Source: Polyangiaceae bacterium UTPRO1
GTDB lineage: Bacteria > Desulfobacterota > Binatia > UTPRO1
Assembly (NCBI GenBank): GCA_002050235.1
Contig: MWST01000032.1
Location: 600-64,599 of the forward strand
Length of the DNA stretch: 64,000 nt
Direction: 5' to 3'
Position numbers and translations under genes: made by a program
Shown: positions 49,101-57,323 of the stretch, one piece after another
Position numbering within the stretch: position 1 is the first letter of the stretch
How the letters are laid out: each line of letters opens with the position of its first letter
The notes under the pieces: generated by a model
Database searches by the model: none
Seen by the model: only the letters and a program-made list of their open reading frames with translations
What the model was told of the DNA's origin: nothing

Positions 49101-49198
49101 ACGACGAGCTCCGCAACATCCCGGCGCTGGCAGCACTGGACAGTACGCCGAGCGGGACGCGGGCGCAGCGACTCTCGCTCGCGCAGGTGCTGCGGTGA
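46172..49198 (+). CDS. Signal-peptide protein with PEP-utilizer phosphohistidine swivel domain followed by PPDK_N-type ATP-grasp domain (dikinase-like)
   Basis: 1008 aa, with GGAGGG 7 nt upstream of ATG 46172. The signal is VVVFSGMLAAGGAAAA, followed by a 6-Cys N-region. The swivel motif is GILTQGEGNVLSHVQLLARALGIPNVV (His codon 47774-47776). The ATP-grasp motifs are GPKAAFLGEL, VRSDTNVEDLDNFNGAGLNLT, SGVLVT and WDIEFGFTGGKLWLFQCRP. There is no PEP/pyruvate TIM-barrel domain. Confidence 0.75.
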   Translation: MERRRRVLAVVVFSGMLAAGGAAAAFEAPALSPGQQKTLKQNFALCLGKLKGPYTENFCLCRDGRKLPVQGPNGAVRIPCPNPLFCAAYRAPWAEALAHERMYIANIFSRDEHLWSTFPNHHDLVRGYVLEKYFVETHPTHKLAQMKQYRGLSSAEEELPAALAFFEKYLGGDEFDGDRHFLLAYELQRRYFARDDVGQVQKIRDLAVRIERAKADFKPLKDAVHNQVSAGLIPSLVAYRAKLPAGATRDQLDDLVGEIRKLTSLDESALAPQVGAIADPAVRAALTKLLPNPSTPPVEAATALGTMMATARRAVGESTTAPADRRRLVDLDITAAQVLQQRGSAALAGPGTTAQQHVAVLGALSAAAYGAGLLNAREYEAASTAIRELGADAEPDRADFARRLRVAKRVVEWAQGNAELAFAEVMAPWTFLLPDVAGIRDDVLRGSPLILYAEVVNRLDDFAAGGERPKHRFFGTAVEGDVRALNPGLAYGRLRVGPKDHGYTRDDIVALTETPADLEPAAGILTQGEGNVLSHVQLLARALGIPNVVLGSRAFDVLRMHDGKAVVLVVTPGGRVVLEEASRLSPEIREAYAEYTRNETRRTAGALGGGAGRLHIDRAKIDLGPKLPIDLRDVRRKDSGVFCGPKAAFLGELKSIFPDHVARGIVVPFGAYHAHYSRAAVIVPAELRGDNVAVPGEPLSAFVERTYHTFFAELVPSGKSERELSAWIEPRLAVVRHTIRQTPLDPALRQAIRDGLAKNGLLRGGDDTAGCFVRSDTNVEDLDNFNGAGLNLTLFNRRTLDDIYSGLAEVWASPFQFRSFSWRQTLIDDPVWVLSSVVILESVPSEKSGVLVTADVNDGAPGKMLVATSEGVGGAVDGTSAETLLWSPQGVELVTLFKSPWRTALDAEGGSKIVPSTGRDTVLEPAELTQLVAAGKKIGAELQPVRDAAGKPKPWDIEFGFTGGKLWLFQCRPFLGNDELRNIPALAALDSTPSGTRAQRLSLAQVLR

Positions 49199-50859
49199 CG
49201 GCGCACACCCGGCGCGGCGGCGGGCGGCTTTGGCGTCTGCTCGCCGCCGCCGCGGCCGCTCTCACGTTCGTCACGCTCCGCGTCGCGAGCGCGGCCCTCG
49301 ACGCCGGCGGCGACACCGCCTGGGACGGCAGCGAGCCGCCGCCCGGGGTCTACTTCCACTGGTACGAGCCGTCCTTCTACGCCGGCTTCGCGCCCCGCAC
49401 CCAGGATCCGAGTCGTCTCCACATCGAGCTCGGGCGCGGCAACCAGGTGCGGGTAACGGTCGTCCTCGGCGACGCCGAGCTCGACGCCTACCTGGGCGAC
49501 CTCCAGGCGCGACGCGCGGTCGTCCAGGAGCTCGTCGACAGCCGGATCATCACCCTCAGCACCAACCGCGCCTGGGAGCGCTTCACCAGCGCCCTCGACG
49601 ATGCCGGCGTCGCGGCGGCGCTGGCGGCGCGGGCGGAGACGAAGCCCGAGGCCTGGCGGGCGCGGAGCCTCGCGGTGATGACGGCGCTGAACCCCGGGCG
49701 CGTGTTCCGGATCGCTATGCCGCTCGCCGCGGTCGCCGCTCGCTGGCGGCCGCTGCTGGCACGCCTCGACGGCAGCGATCCGATAGAGCGCCTCGACGCC
49801 GCCAACGCCGCGCTGCCGGGTCGCATCGTGCTCGAAGAGCTGACACCGCCGCTCGGCGCCGCGCTCGATCGCTGCCTCGATCCGGCGCGCGGCCCAGAAA
49901 GCGCGAAGCCCGCTTACGAGCTCTGCGTCAAGGACTTCATCGAGACCGCGAGCGCGCGCCGCTACCGCGTCGTCGACGGCGCCGTCGTCGCCCACGAGTT
50001 TACCGCCATCTACCCCGCCGGCACGGTCGAGGGCTCGACGACCTACAGGGGCGAGAAGCTGCCGGACTTCGGGGTCACCGGCGTCTGGCCGCTCATCCGC
50101 CGCACCAATGGCCGCGGCATTCTCGGGATGGTCGACTACCTGTCGCCGAATCCCGGCTACGGCTTCATCCCCATGCTGCCCTACCAGTACGCCGGCGGCA
50201 TCACCTACAACGCCTTCCACAATGCCGGCGTGCGCTGCCAGTTGAACGGCACGCCGTTCCTGCCGAGCGCCTGGCGACAGGTCGCCGGCGAGCGCAGCGG
50301 CAAGCCGTACGAGAACCTCTGGATCGTCGGCCGCGGTCCGACGTCGCACGGCTGCACGCGGCTGCCGTCAGGCCACATGAGCGAGCTCCGCCAGATCGTG
50401 CCGTCGGAGTCGGACGCGCTCCTCCAGGTGAAGACCTATCGCGATCTGCCCGGCTGCTACGACGTCTTCGACATCGACGGCGACGGCGCCCCCGAAGTGA
50501 TGGGCGTCCAGTACTACCTCGCGTACCGCAGCAACGAGCACACGCCGGTGAAGGCCTGGGTGAGCAACCGGCGCGAACCCTTCTACCGCTGGCTCTACGG
50601 CAACAACGTCGTTCTCGGACCGGTCGGTGCGGCCCGCCTCCAAGAGGTGCCGGTCTGCCGCTTCGCCGGCAAGAAGGCGGCGGAGCGCGCGGTGCTCCGC
50701 GACCTGCCGCTCTACGAAGCCAAGTACCAGCCCGAGCAGATACAGTTCTTCCGTAGCAAGGCGGCTCCGGACAGCGCTGCCGGAGTCGAGCTCAACCGGG
50801 AGTTGCGCAAGGTCGGCGCCGGACACGTCCTCGAGCGCTCGCGCCTGCTGCTGCGCTGA
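49195..50859 (+). CDS. Exported protein with C-terminal L,D-transpeptidase (YkuD)-like catalytic motif, paralog 1
   Basis: 554 aa from a GTG that overlaps the upstream stop (GTGA). It has a hydrophobic N-terminal signal-like segment and a ~380-aa unassigned N-region. The catalytic motif is GRGPTSHGCTRLPSGHMSELRQIV (Cys codon 50353-50355). Confidence 0.7.
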   Translation: MTAHTRRGGGRLWRLLAAAAAALTFVTLRVASAALDAGGDTAWDGSEPPPGVYFHWYEPSFYAGFAPRTQDPSRLHIELGRGNQVRVTVVLGDAELDAYLGDLQARRAVVQELVDSRIITLSTNRAWERFTSALDDAGVAAALAARAETKPEAWRARSLAVMTALNPGRVFRIAMPLAAVAARWRPLLARLDGSDPIERLDAANAALPGRIVLEELTPPLGAALDRCLDPARGPESAKPAYELCVKDFIETASARRYRVVDGAVVAHEFTAIYPAGTVEGSTTYRGEKLPDFGVTGVWPLIRRTNGRGILGMVDYLSPNPGYGFIPMLPYQYAGGITYNAFHNAGVRCQLNGTPFLPSAWRQVAGERSGKPYENLWIVGRGPTSHGCTRLPSGHMSELRQIVPSESDALLQVKTYRDLPGCYDVFDIDGDGAPEVMGVQYYLAYRSNEHTPVKAWVSNRREPFYRWLYGNNVVLGPVGAARLQEVPVCRFAGKKAAERAVLRDLPLYEAKYQPEQIQFFRSKAAPDSAAGVELNRELRKVGAGHVLERSRLLLR

Positions 50860-50882
50860 CGACCTGCCGCCAAGGAGATCCC

Positions 50883-52616
50883 ATGCGCACGACGACCAGC
50901 ATCATCGCAGCACTGGCGCTGTTTTCCTGGATGCCCGGCACGGCGGCGGCCAAGGACTTCGCCGCCCCCCGGCTCGCCGGCGATCGCGCCGCGCCCGGGC
51001 TCATGGTCGAGGAGCCGCCGCGCTACGGCGTCTTCTACGACGCTCCGGAGCCGTCGTTCTACACCGGCTTCGCCCCGCGCACGCAGGACCCCGCCGCTCT
51101 CCACATCCATCTCGGGCGCGGCAACCAGCTGCGGGTGACCGAAGTGCTGTCGGACGCGGTCGTCGACGAGTACGCGCGCGACCTCGCCGAGCGCCGCCGC
51201 ACCTACCGCGCGCTCGTCGACTCCGGCCGGCTGCAGCTGACGCAGAACACCGCCTTCGAGGCGTTCGAACGCCGGCTCGACGCCCTCGGCCTCGACGACC
51301 TGGCGAGCGCGGAAGGAGCGCTGGCGCCCGACGCGCTCCGCGCCCGCAACCTCGACCTCATCGAGACGCTGAATCCCGGACGCGTCTTCCGGATCGCGAT
51401 CCCGGTGCGGAAGCTCGCCGCCCGCTGGATCGGCGAGCTCGACCGCATCACCGGCGGCGCCCGCGCGCGTCTCGACGCAGGCCGCAGGCTCGACCTCGCG
51501 AACGCGCTCCTGCCGACGCGCCTCTGGCTCGCCGACCTCCCGGCCGACGCCGCCGCCGCTCTCGACGATCTCGTCCGTCGCGCCCCCGCCGATGCCGGTG
51601 ATACGGCCGCTGTCGACGCCCTCGTACCCGCCTACGGCGCCCTCCTCGCGCGCGTCGGCGGCGGCCGCTATCCGGTCCGGGACGGCGTCGTGCGCTTCGC
51701 GGAGTTCACGGCGATCTACCCGGTCGGTACCGTCGCCGCGTACACGACGTGGCGGGGCCGGACGATCCCGCTGTATCCGACGCCGGGCCGGCGCGCCCTC
51801 ACCACCCATCAGCGCTCCCTGGTCGCCGACCACATCCCGGTCGAGGACTCGTACAGCTGGTCGCCGTGGCTGCCGTACATGCACGTGACGCCGACGATGC
51901 ACAACGCCATCCACACGCCGTGGTGGAAGATGGGTCCGGGCGACGCCGGGTTCCTTCCCGCGTCGTGGCGGCAGGTGGCCGACGGCAGCCGCGACGGCGC
52001 GCCGTTCACGAAGCTCTGGCTGCTCTCCCGCGGCCCCATGTCGCACGGCTGCACGCATCTGAACACCGGCCACATCGCCGAGCTCCGCCAGATCCTTCCC
52101 GCCGACGGCAACCGCCTGTACGACGTCGAGGTCTTCCTCACCCGCTCCGAGCATTACGACGTCTTCGACATCGACGGCGACCTCGTGCCCGAGGTGATGG
52201 GCGTACGCTACTTCATCGCCTACTCGCTGATCGCCGGGAAGCCGGATCGCCTGCGGGTGAAGAACGAGCGCCGGGCCTTCTACGACTGGCTCTACGGCGG
52301 CGATCTCCAGTGGCAAGGAGACCAGGGCGTCTTTCACGACGCCCACGAAGCCCGCTTCAGCGGCCGCGACGCGCGCGAGGGTCGAGGCTACGCGCGCATC
52401 CTGCTCCGCGAAGCGCCCTACCAGCCGGAGACCGTGCAGTTCTACCGCATGATCGACATCCCCTTCGCTCGCGCGCTCCGCCAGGTCGGGCTTCACCGGC
52501 GCGCGCTCGAAGTCCCCGATCGGCGGCAAGCCGCGAACGCGCCGATGATGCGCGGCGACGCCGGCGGCGCGGGCCGCTACGCGCAGCCGTTGTCCGCACC
52601 CCGGCGCAGCCGCTAG
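50883..52616 (+). CDS. Exported protein with C-terminal L,D-transpeptidase (YkuD)-like catalytic motif, paralog 2
   Basis: 577 aa, with AGGAG 5 nt upstream of the ATG. It has a clear Sec signal (IIAALALFSWMPGTAAA). It is colinear with paralog 1 (PSFYTGFAPRTQDP, LNPGRVFRIAIP). The catalytic motif is SRGPMSHGCTHLNTGHIAELRQIL (Cys codon 52050-52052). Confidence 0.75.
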   Translation: MRTTTSIIAALALFSWMPGTAAAKDFAAPRLAGDRAAPGLMVEEPPRYGVFYDAPEPSFYTGFAPRTQDPAALHIHLGRGNQLRVTEVLSDAVVDEYARDLAERRRTYRALVDSGRLQLTQNTAFEAFERRLDALGLDDLASAEGALAPDALRARNLDLIETLNPGRVFRIAIPVRKLAARWIGELDRITGGARARLDAGRRLDLANALLPTRLWLADLPADAAAALDDLVRRAPADAGDTAAVDALVPAYGALLARVGGGRYPVRDGVVRFAEFTAIYPVGTVAAYTTWRGRTIPLYPTPGRRALTTHQRSLVADHIPVEDSYSWSPWLPYMHVTPTMHNAIHTPWWKMGPGDAGFLPASWRQVADGSRDGAPFTKLWLLSRGPMSHGCTHLNTGHIAELRQILPADGNRLYDVEVFLTRSEHYDVFDIDGDLVPEVMGVRYFIAYSLIAGKPDRLRVKNERRAFYDWLYGGDLQWQGDQGVFHDAHEARFSGRDAREGRGYARILLREAPYQPETVQFYRMIDIPFARALRQVGLHRRALEVPDRRQAANAPMMRGDAGGAGRYAQPLSAPRRSR

Positions 52617-52627
52617 CAACGGCGGGC

Positions 52628-53818
52628 GTGACCGCCGCCGACCGCCGCCTAGTCGCCGTCCTCGGGCTCGCGATCTTCTTCGAGGGCTACGGGCGCATGC
52701 TCGTACCCGTGGCCCTCGCCTTCATCGGCACCGATCTCGGGGCAGCGCCCGACGCGCTCTCCTACGCGCTCGCCACGATCGCACTCGGCTCTTTCGGCGT
52801 GCTGGCGCTCGGTCCGGTCGCCGACCGCCTCGGGCGCCGCCGGCTACTGCTCGCGAGCATCATGCTCTTCGCGCTCTTCGGTGCCGGTACGGCTCTCGCG
52901 ACGTCGCTCGCCGGGCTCGTCGCCTGGCAGCTCACGGCGCGGGTCTTTCAGGAGAGCGCGCTCTTCACCGCCGCCGTGCTGGCCGCCGAGGAAGCGTCGC
53001 CGCCGAGCCGCGCCGCGGCGCAGGGCTGGCTCGGGACGGTGAACGCGCTCGGCGCCGCCTTCGCCGCGCTCCTCCTCGCCGCCATCGGCGTCGTGCCCGG
53101 CGGCTGGCGCGGGCTCGCCTGCGTCAGCCTGGCGCCGCTCGCGCTCGCTCCGCTGCTCCACCGCCACGTACCGGAAAGCCGCCACTGGCTCACACACAGC
53201 GGACCGCGCGTCGCCTTCCCGCCGCGGGCCTGGCGCGGGCGCGTCGCCGCGACGCTCGTCGTGGTCGCGCTGGCGATGAGCTACGACGTCGCCGCATTCG
53301 CGTTCGCGACCTACGTTCCCGTCGCCCGCCACGGTTGGAGCGCCGCCCAGGTGAGCGCGATGTTCATCGGCGCCGGCGCGTGCGGCCTGCCGGGATGGTC
53401 GGTGGGCGGCTTGCTCGCCGACCGCTACGGTCGCCGGCCGATCGCCGTGATCTTCCTGCTCGGGCTCACCGCCGCCGAGCTGCTGTTCTTCCTCGGCGGG
53501 CGGCGCGCGCTCTGGCCGGGCTTCGCGGCCATGGTCTTCTTCCAGGGCGGCAAGATGACGATCATCCGCGCCTGGGCCGCCGAGCTCTTCCCGACCAGCT
53601 TTCGCGGCGCCGCCGCGGGGTGGCTCACCGCCGCGGGCGCGGCCGGCGGCATGGGCGGGCTCGCGGCAGCGGGGGCCCTGGCTCGCGCCGCCGGCGGCAT
53701 CGACGTCGCACTCGCAATCGGATCGAGCGCCGGCGTGCTCGCGGCCGCCGCCGTCTTCGCCTGGCTGCCCGAGACGCGCGGCGTCCTCGCCGCGCCCCGG
53801 GTGCCGGAAGCCGGGTAG
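52628..53818 (+). CDS. MFS transporter
   Basis: 396 aa from GTG 52628 and about 12 TM segments. The loop 2-3 motif GPVADRLGRRRLL and the second-half motif LADRYGRRP are typical of MFS transporters. Confidence 0.8.
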   Translation: MTAADRRLVAVLGLAIFFEGYGRMLVPVALAFIGTDLGAAPDALSYALATIALGSFGVLALGPVADRLGRRRLLLASIMLFALFGAGTALATSLAGLVAWQLTARVFQESALFTAAVLAAEEASPPSRAAAQGWLGTVNALGAAFAALLLAAIGVVPGGWRGLACVSLAPLALAPLLHRHVPESRHWLTHSGPRVAFPPRAWRGRVAATLVVVALAMSYDVAAFAFATYVPVARHGWSAAQVSAMFIGAGACGLPGWSVGGLLADRYGRRPIAVIFLLGLTAAELLFFLGGRRALWPGFAAMVFFQGGKMTIIRAWAAELFPTSFRGAAAGWLTAAGAAGGMGGLAAAGALARAAGGIDVALAIGSSAGVLAAAAVFAWLPETRGVLAAPRVPEAG

Positions 53819-53866
53819 CATCCGACCCCGCGCTCTCGTAGTCTGCCGCGCCATAAGGAGGAACCG

Positions 53867-54274
53867 ATGCGATTCCCGAAGATGCTGATCGTCGTTCCCG
53901 TGCTCGCGCTCCTGGCGTTGGGATGCGCTCCGCGGCGTCCCGGAGGCCCCGGTGGATCTCAAGGCCGCCCGCACATCGCCATGGCGCAAAGCTGCAGCAC
54001 CGATGGGTGCGTCTACAAGGGCCGCTGTTTCTCGAACGGCGCCGTGAGCTCCAACGACGGCGTATGCCAGGCGTGCAGCAACGGCCGCTGGGTCGAAGCC
54101 AGCGGGTGCGTGGACCAGGGGCCCTGCGGAGCTCCCGGCTGCTGGGGTCATCACGGCTGGGGCGGTGGACCGGGGAGCTGTCCGTACTGCCCGTACGCAA
54201 AGGGCAAGGACGCCAAGGACGGCAAGGCTGCCCCGGCCGGGCGAGACGCCACCCCGCCCTGCCACAAACGCTGA
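53867..54274 (+). CDS. Small Cys/Gly/His-rich lipoprotein, function unknown
   Basis: 135 aa, with AAGGAGG 6 nt upstream of the ATG. It has the lipoprotein signal VLALLALGC. The mature part has 11 further Cys residues, including CPYCPY, plus a WGHHGWGGG stretch. Confidence 0.7.
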   Translation: MRFPKMLIVVPVLALLALGCAPRRPGGPGGSQGRPHIAMAQSCSTDGCVYKGRCFSNGAVSSNDGVCQACSNGRWVEASGCVDQGPCGAPGCWGHHGWGGGPGSCPYCPYAKGKDAKDGKAAPAGRDATPPCHKR

Positions 54275-54285
54275 AGGATCTCGAC

Positions 54286-54329
54286 GCGAGTGGCGGCCGG
54301 AGCGCAGCGGCGCTGCGGCCGCCACTCGC
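54286..54329. terminator. Long GC-rich hairpin between convergent genes (putative bidirectional terminator)
   Basis: A perfect 14-bp inverted repeat GCGAGTGGCGGCCG / CGGCCGCCACTCGC encloses a further AGCGC/GCGCT pair. It lies between the lipoprotein stop (54274) and the SDR stop (54342). Confidence 0.55.
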
Positions 54330-54341
54330 GGTTGCGGCGGT

Positions 54342-55121
54342 TCAGGCGTTGCGCGCCGTGACCCCGCCGTCGACGACGAGATGGGCGCCGGTGATGTACG
54401 CGGCGGCGGGCAGCACCAGGGCCAGCGTCGCGTGCGCCACTTCCTCCGGCTCGCCGTAGCGCCCGAGGACGGTGCGTCGGCGCGCGAACTCCCGCTTCGC
54501 CTCCTCCGGTATGGCCGCGGTGATGCCGGTGCGGATCGGACCGGGGCAGACCGCGTTCACGGTGATGCCCTCGCGGCCGAGTTCGACCGCGAGCGCCCGC
54601 GTGAGCCCGATGACGCCGTGCTTCGCGGCGGTGTAGGCGCTGGCGAAGCGCGTCGCGCCGAGCCCCTCGGTCGACGACACATTGACGATGCGGGCGGCAT
54701 TGGAGCGGCGGAGATGCGGTAGGGCGGCCCGCACGGTGCGTGTGTGCGCGGTCAGCAGCACGTCGATCGACGCCGTCCAGATCTGCTCGTAGTCGGGCGC
54801 GTCGATCGCTCCTACGAGCGCCAGCCCGGCGTTGTTGACCAGGATGTCGAGGCGTCCGAAGCGCGTCGCCACCTCGTCGACGACGGCGCCCACGCGCGCG
54901 CCGTCGCTGACGTCCATCGTCCATCCGTGGGCGCTGCCGCCGGCGGCGATGATCTCCCGCACGACGTCCGCAACCGCCGCCGCCGAGCGGTCGGTGACCG
55001 CGACGTGCGCGCCCTCGTCGGCGAAGAGCTGCGCCGTCGCGCGACCTATGCCGCTGGCAGCGCCGGTCACGAGCGCCGCACGGCCGGCGATCGAGCGGCT
55101 CAGCTTGGTCAGGCGGGACAT
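54342..55121 (-). CDS. SDR-family oxidoreductase
   Basis: 259 aa from ATG 55121, with GGAGGAG upstream. It has the cofactor motif TGAASGIGRA, NNAG and the catalytic YTAAK (YxxxK). Confidence 0.88.
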   Translation of the reverse strand: MSRLTKLSRSIAGRAALVTGAASGIGRATAQLFADEGAHVAVTDRSAAAVADVVREIIAAGGSAHGWTMDVSDGARVGAVVDEVATRFGRLDILVNNAGLALVGAIDAPDYEQIWTASIDVLLTAHTRTVRAALPHLRRSNAARIVNVSSTEGLGATRFASAYTAAKHGVIGLTRALAVELGREGITVNAVCPGPIRTGITAAIPEEAKREFARRRTVLGRYGEPEEVAHATLALVLPAAAYITGAHLVVDGGVTARNA

Positions 55122-55141
55122 CGGCTCTCCTCCCGGTGCGC

Positions 55142-55510
55142 TCAACGGATGGTGTGCGATCCGTGCGTGTAGCTGAAAGCCCAGGCCGCGACCGTCCGGC
55201 CTTCCGTCTCCACGTCGACGACGATCCGGCGGAAGAGGAACGGCACGTTCTCGTACTCGTCGACACGGTCGAGCGCGGCCCGGAAACGCGCCGGCGCCAG
55301 CCACACGATCTCGCCGTCGAGCCAGCCTTCGTCGGGCCCGAACACCGCCCCCGGATACGGCGCCTTGAGATCGAGCAGGCGCGCCCGCGCCCGCGCCGGC
55401 GCCCGCCGGACCACGTCCTTCGCCAGCACGTCCTCGCCGGATGCCCCTTTGCGCAGGGTTCCGTAGAGGAAGAGCGGCAGCTCGCGATCACGCTCGTCGG
55501 TATCGGTCAT
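55142..55510 (-). CDS. Gamma-glutamylcyclotransferase (AIG2/GGACT-like) family protein
   Basis: 122 aa from ATG 55510, with GGAGGGA upstream. The N-terminal LFLYGTLRKG motif and the later DEYE segment are typical of the family. Confidence 0.75.
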   Translation of the reverse strand: MTDTDERDRELPLFLYGTLRKGASGEDVLAKDVVRRAPARARARLLDLKAPYPGAVFGPDEGWLDGEIVWLAPARFRAALDRVDEYENVPFLFRRIVVDVETEGRTVAAWAFSYTHGSHTIR

Positions 55511-55553
55511 CGGCTCCCTCCGTGAGCAACGTACGAACGCCGGTGCGCCCGGC

Positions 55554-57194
55554 TCAGCCGAGCACCGCGGCCACGATCGTCCGGGCCTCGGCGACGATCG
55601 CCTCCAGATGGCGCTGGTCACGGAAGCTCTCGGCGTAGATCTTGTATATGTCTTCGGTCCCCGACGGGCGGGCGGCGAACCAGCCCTCGGCGGTGACGAC
55701 TTTGAGCCCGCCGATCGCGGCGCCGTTGCCCGGCGCCTGCGTCAGCTTGGCGACGATGGGCTCGCCGGCGAGGGTGGCGGCGGCGACGGCCGCGGGCTCG
55801 AGCTTGGCGAGGCGCGCCTTCTGCGCCGGCGTCGCCGGGGCATCGATGCGGGTGGAGCGCGGCATGCCGAGCTCGCGGGCGAGCGCGGCGAAATGCTCCC
55901 CGGGATCGCGGCCGGTGCGGGCCGTGATCTCGGCGGCGAGGAGGCTCGGGACGATGCCGTCCTTGTCGGTCGTCCAGACGCTCCCGTCCATGCGCAGGAA
56001 CGAGGCCCCGGCGCTCTCCTCGCCGCCGAAGCCGATGGCGCCGTCGACGAGGCCGTCGACGAACCACTTGAAGCCGACCGGCACCTCGACGAGCGTGCGT
56101 CCGAGCCGCGCGGCGACGCGATCGATCAGGCTGCTGCTGACCACGGTCTTGCCCACGGCGGCGGTCGCCGGCCATCGCGGCCGCTCGGCGAAGAGGTAGG
56201 CGACGGCGACGGCCAGGTACTGATTGGGCTCGAGGAGGCCGCGGCTGCGCGTCACGATGCCGTGGCGGTCGGCGTCGGCGTCGCAGGCGCAGGCGACGTC
56301 GAAGCGATCCTTCAAGCCGACCATCGGAGCCATGACGTAGGGCGACGACGGGTCCATGCGGATCTGGCCGTCCCAGTCGACCGCCATGAAGCGGAAGGTC
56401 GCGTCGATGACGTCGTTGACGATCTCGAGATCGAGTCCATGCCGTTCGCCGATCGCCTGCCAGAAGGCGAGGCTCGCGCCGCCGAGGGGATCGACGCCGA
56501 TGCGGACCTCGGCATCGCGGATCGCCGCGAGATCGACGACGGCGGGGAGGTCGGCAACGTAGGCGTCGAGATAGTCGTGGCGGTGGGTGGTCGCGGCGGC
56601 GCGCGCGCGCGGATAGGGCGTCCTCGGAACGCCGCCCGGGCCGTCGGCGATCAGAGCGTTCGCCCGGCGCTCGATCCAGGCAGTGGCCGCGCTGTCCGCC
56701 GGGCCGCCGTGCGGCGGGTTGTACTTGAAGCCGCCCGAGCGCGGCGGATTGTGGGACGGCGTCACCACGATGCCGTCGGCGCGGCCGCGCGTCCGGCCGC
56801 GGTTGTAGGTGAGGATGGCGTGCGAGACGACCGGGGTCGGGACGTAGCCGCCGCGCGCGTCGATCATCGTCTCGACGCCGTTCGCGGCCAGCACCTCGAG
56901 GGCGCTCGCGAAGGCCGGCTCCGAGAGCGCGTGGCTGTCGCTGCCGATGAAGAGCGGACCGTCGGTGCCCTGCTCCGTGCGGTATTCGCAGATGGCCTGG
57001 GTGATGGCGAGGATGTGTGCCTCGTTGAACGAGGCGTCGAGCGACGAGCCGCGATGACCGGAAGTGCCGAAGGCGACCCGCTGGCTCGCCACCGCCGGGT
57101 CGGGGCGCTCGGTGTAATATGCGGTCACCAGCTTCGGGAGGTCGGTGAGGATGGAGACGGGGGCCGGTTTTCCGGCGAGCGGGCTCACGGGCAT
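55554..57194 (-). CDS. pgm: Phosphoglucomutase, alpha-D-glucose phosphate-specific
   Basis: 546 aa. It has the active-site motif FGTSGHRG, the metal loop CDADADRHG, the sugar loop GGEESAG, and the C-terminal RPSGTED. Confidence 0.92.
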   Translation of the reverse strand: MPVSPLAGKPAPVSILTDLPKLVTAYYTERPDPAVASQRVAFGTSGHRGSSLDASFNEAHILAITQAICEYRTEQGTDGPLFIGSDSHALSEPAFASALEVLAANGVETMIDARGGYVPTPVVSHAILTYNRGRTRGRADGIVVTPSHNPPRSGGFKYNPPHGGPADSAATAWIERRANALIADGPGGVPRTPYPRARAAATTHRHDYLDAYVADLPAVVDLAAIRDAEVRIGVDPLGGASLAFWQAIGERHGLDLEIVNDVIDATFRFMAVDWDGQIRMDPSSPYVMAPMVGLKDRFDVACACDADADRHGIVTRSRGLLEPNQYLAVAVAYLFAERPRWPATAAVGKTVVSSSLIDRVAARLGRTLVEVPVGFKWFVDGLVDGAIGFGGEESAGASFLRMDGSVWTTDKDGIVPSLLAAEITARTGRDPGEHFAALARELGMPRSTRIDAPATPAQKARLAKLEPAAVAAATLAGEPIVAKLTQAPGNGAAIGGLKVVTAEGWFAARPSGTEDIYKIYAESFRDQRHLEAIVAEARTIVAAVLG

Positions 57195-57323
57195 GGGATC
57201 CGTCTAGCGCAAGCCGGCGCCTTCGGCACGCCCCGCCGCCGCGGCGAGCCGCCCGGCCTGCATCCGCCCTCGACAGCCCGCAGCGAATGCCGTACTGCCC
57301 CTCTCGCGCAAGGAGGTTCGATT

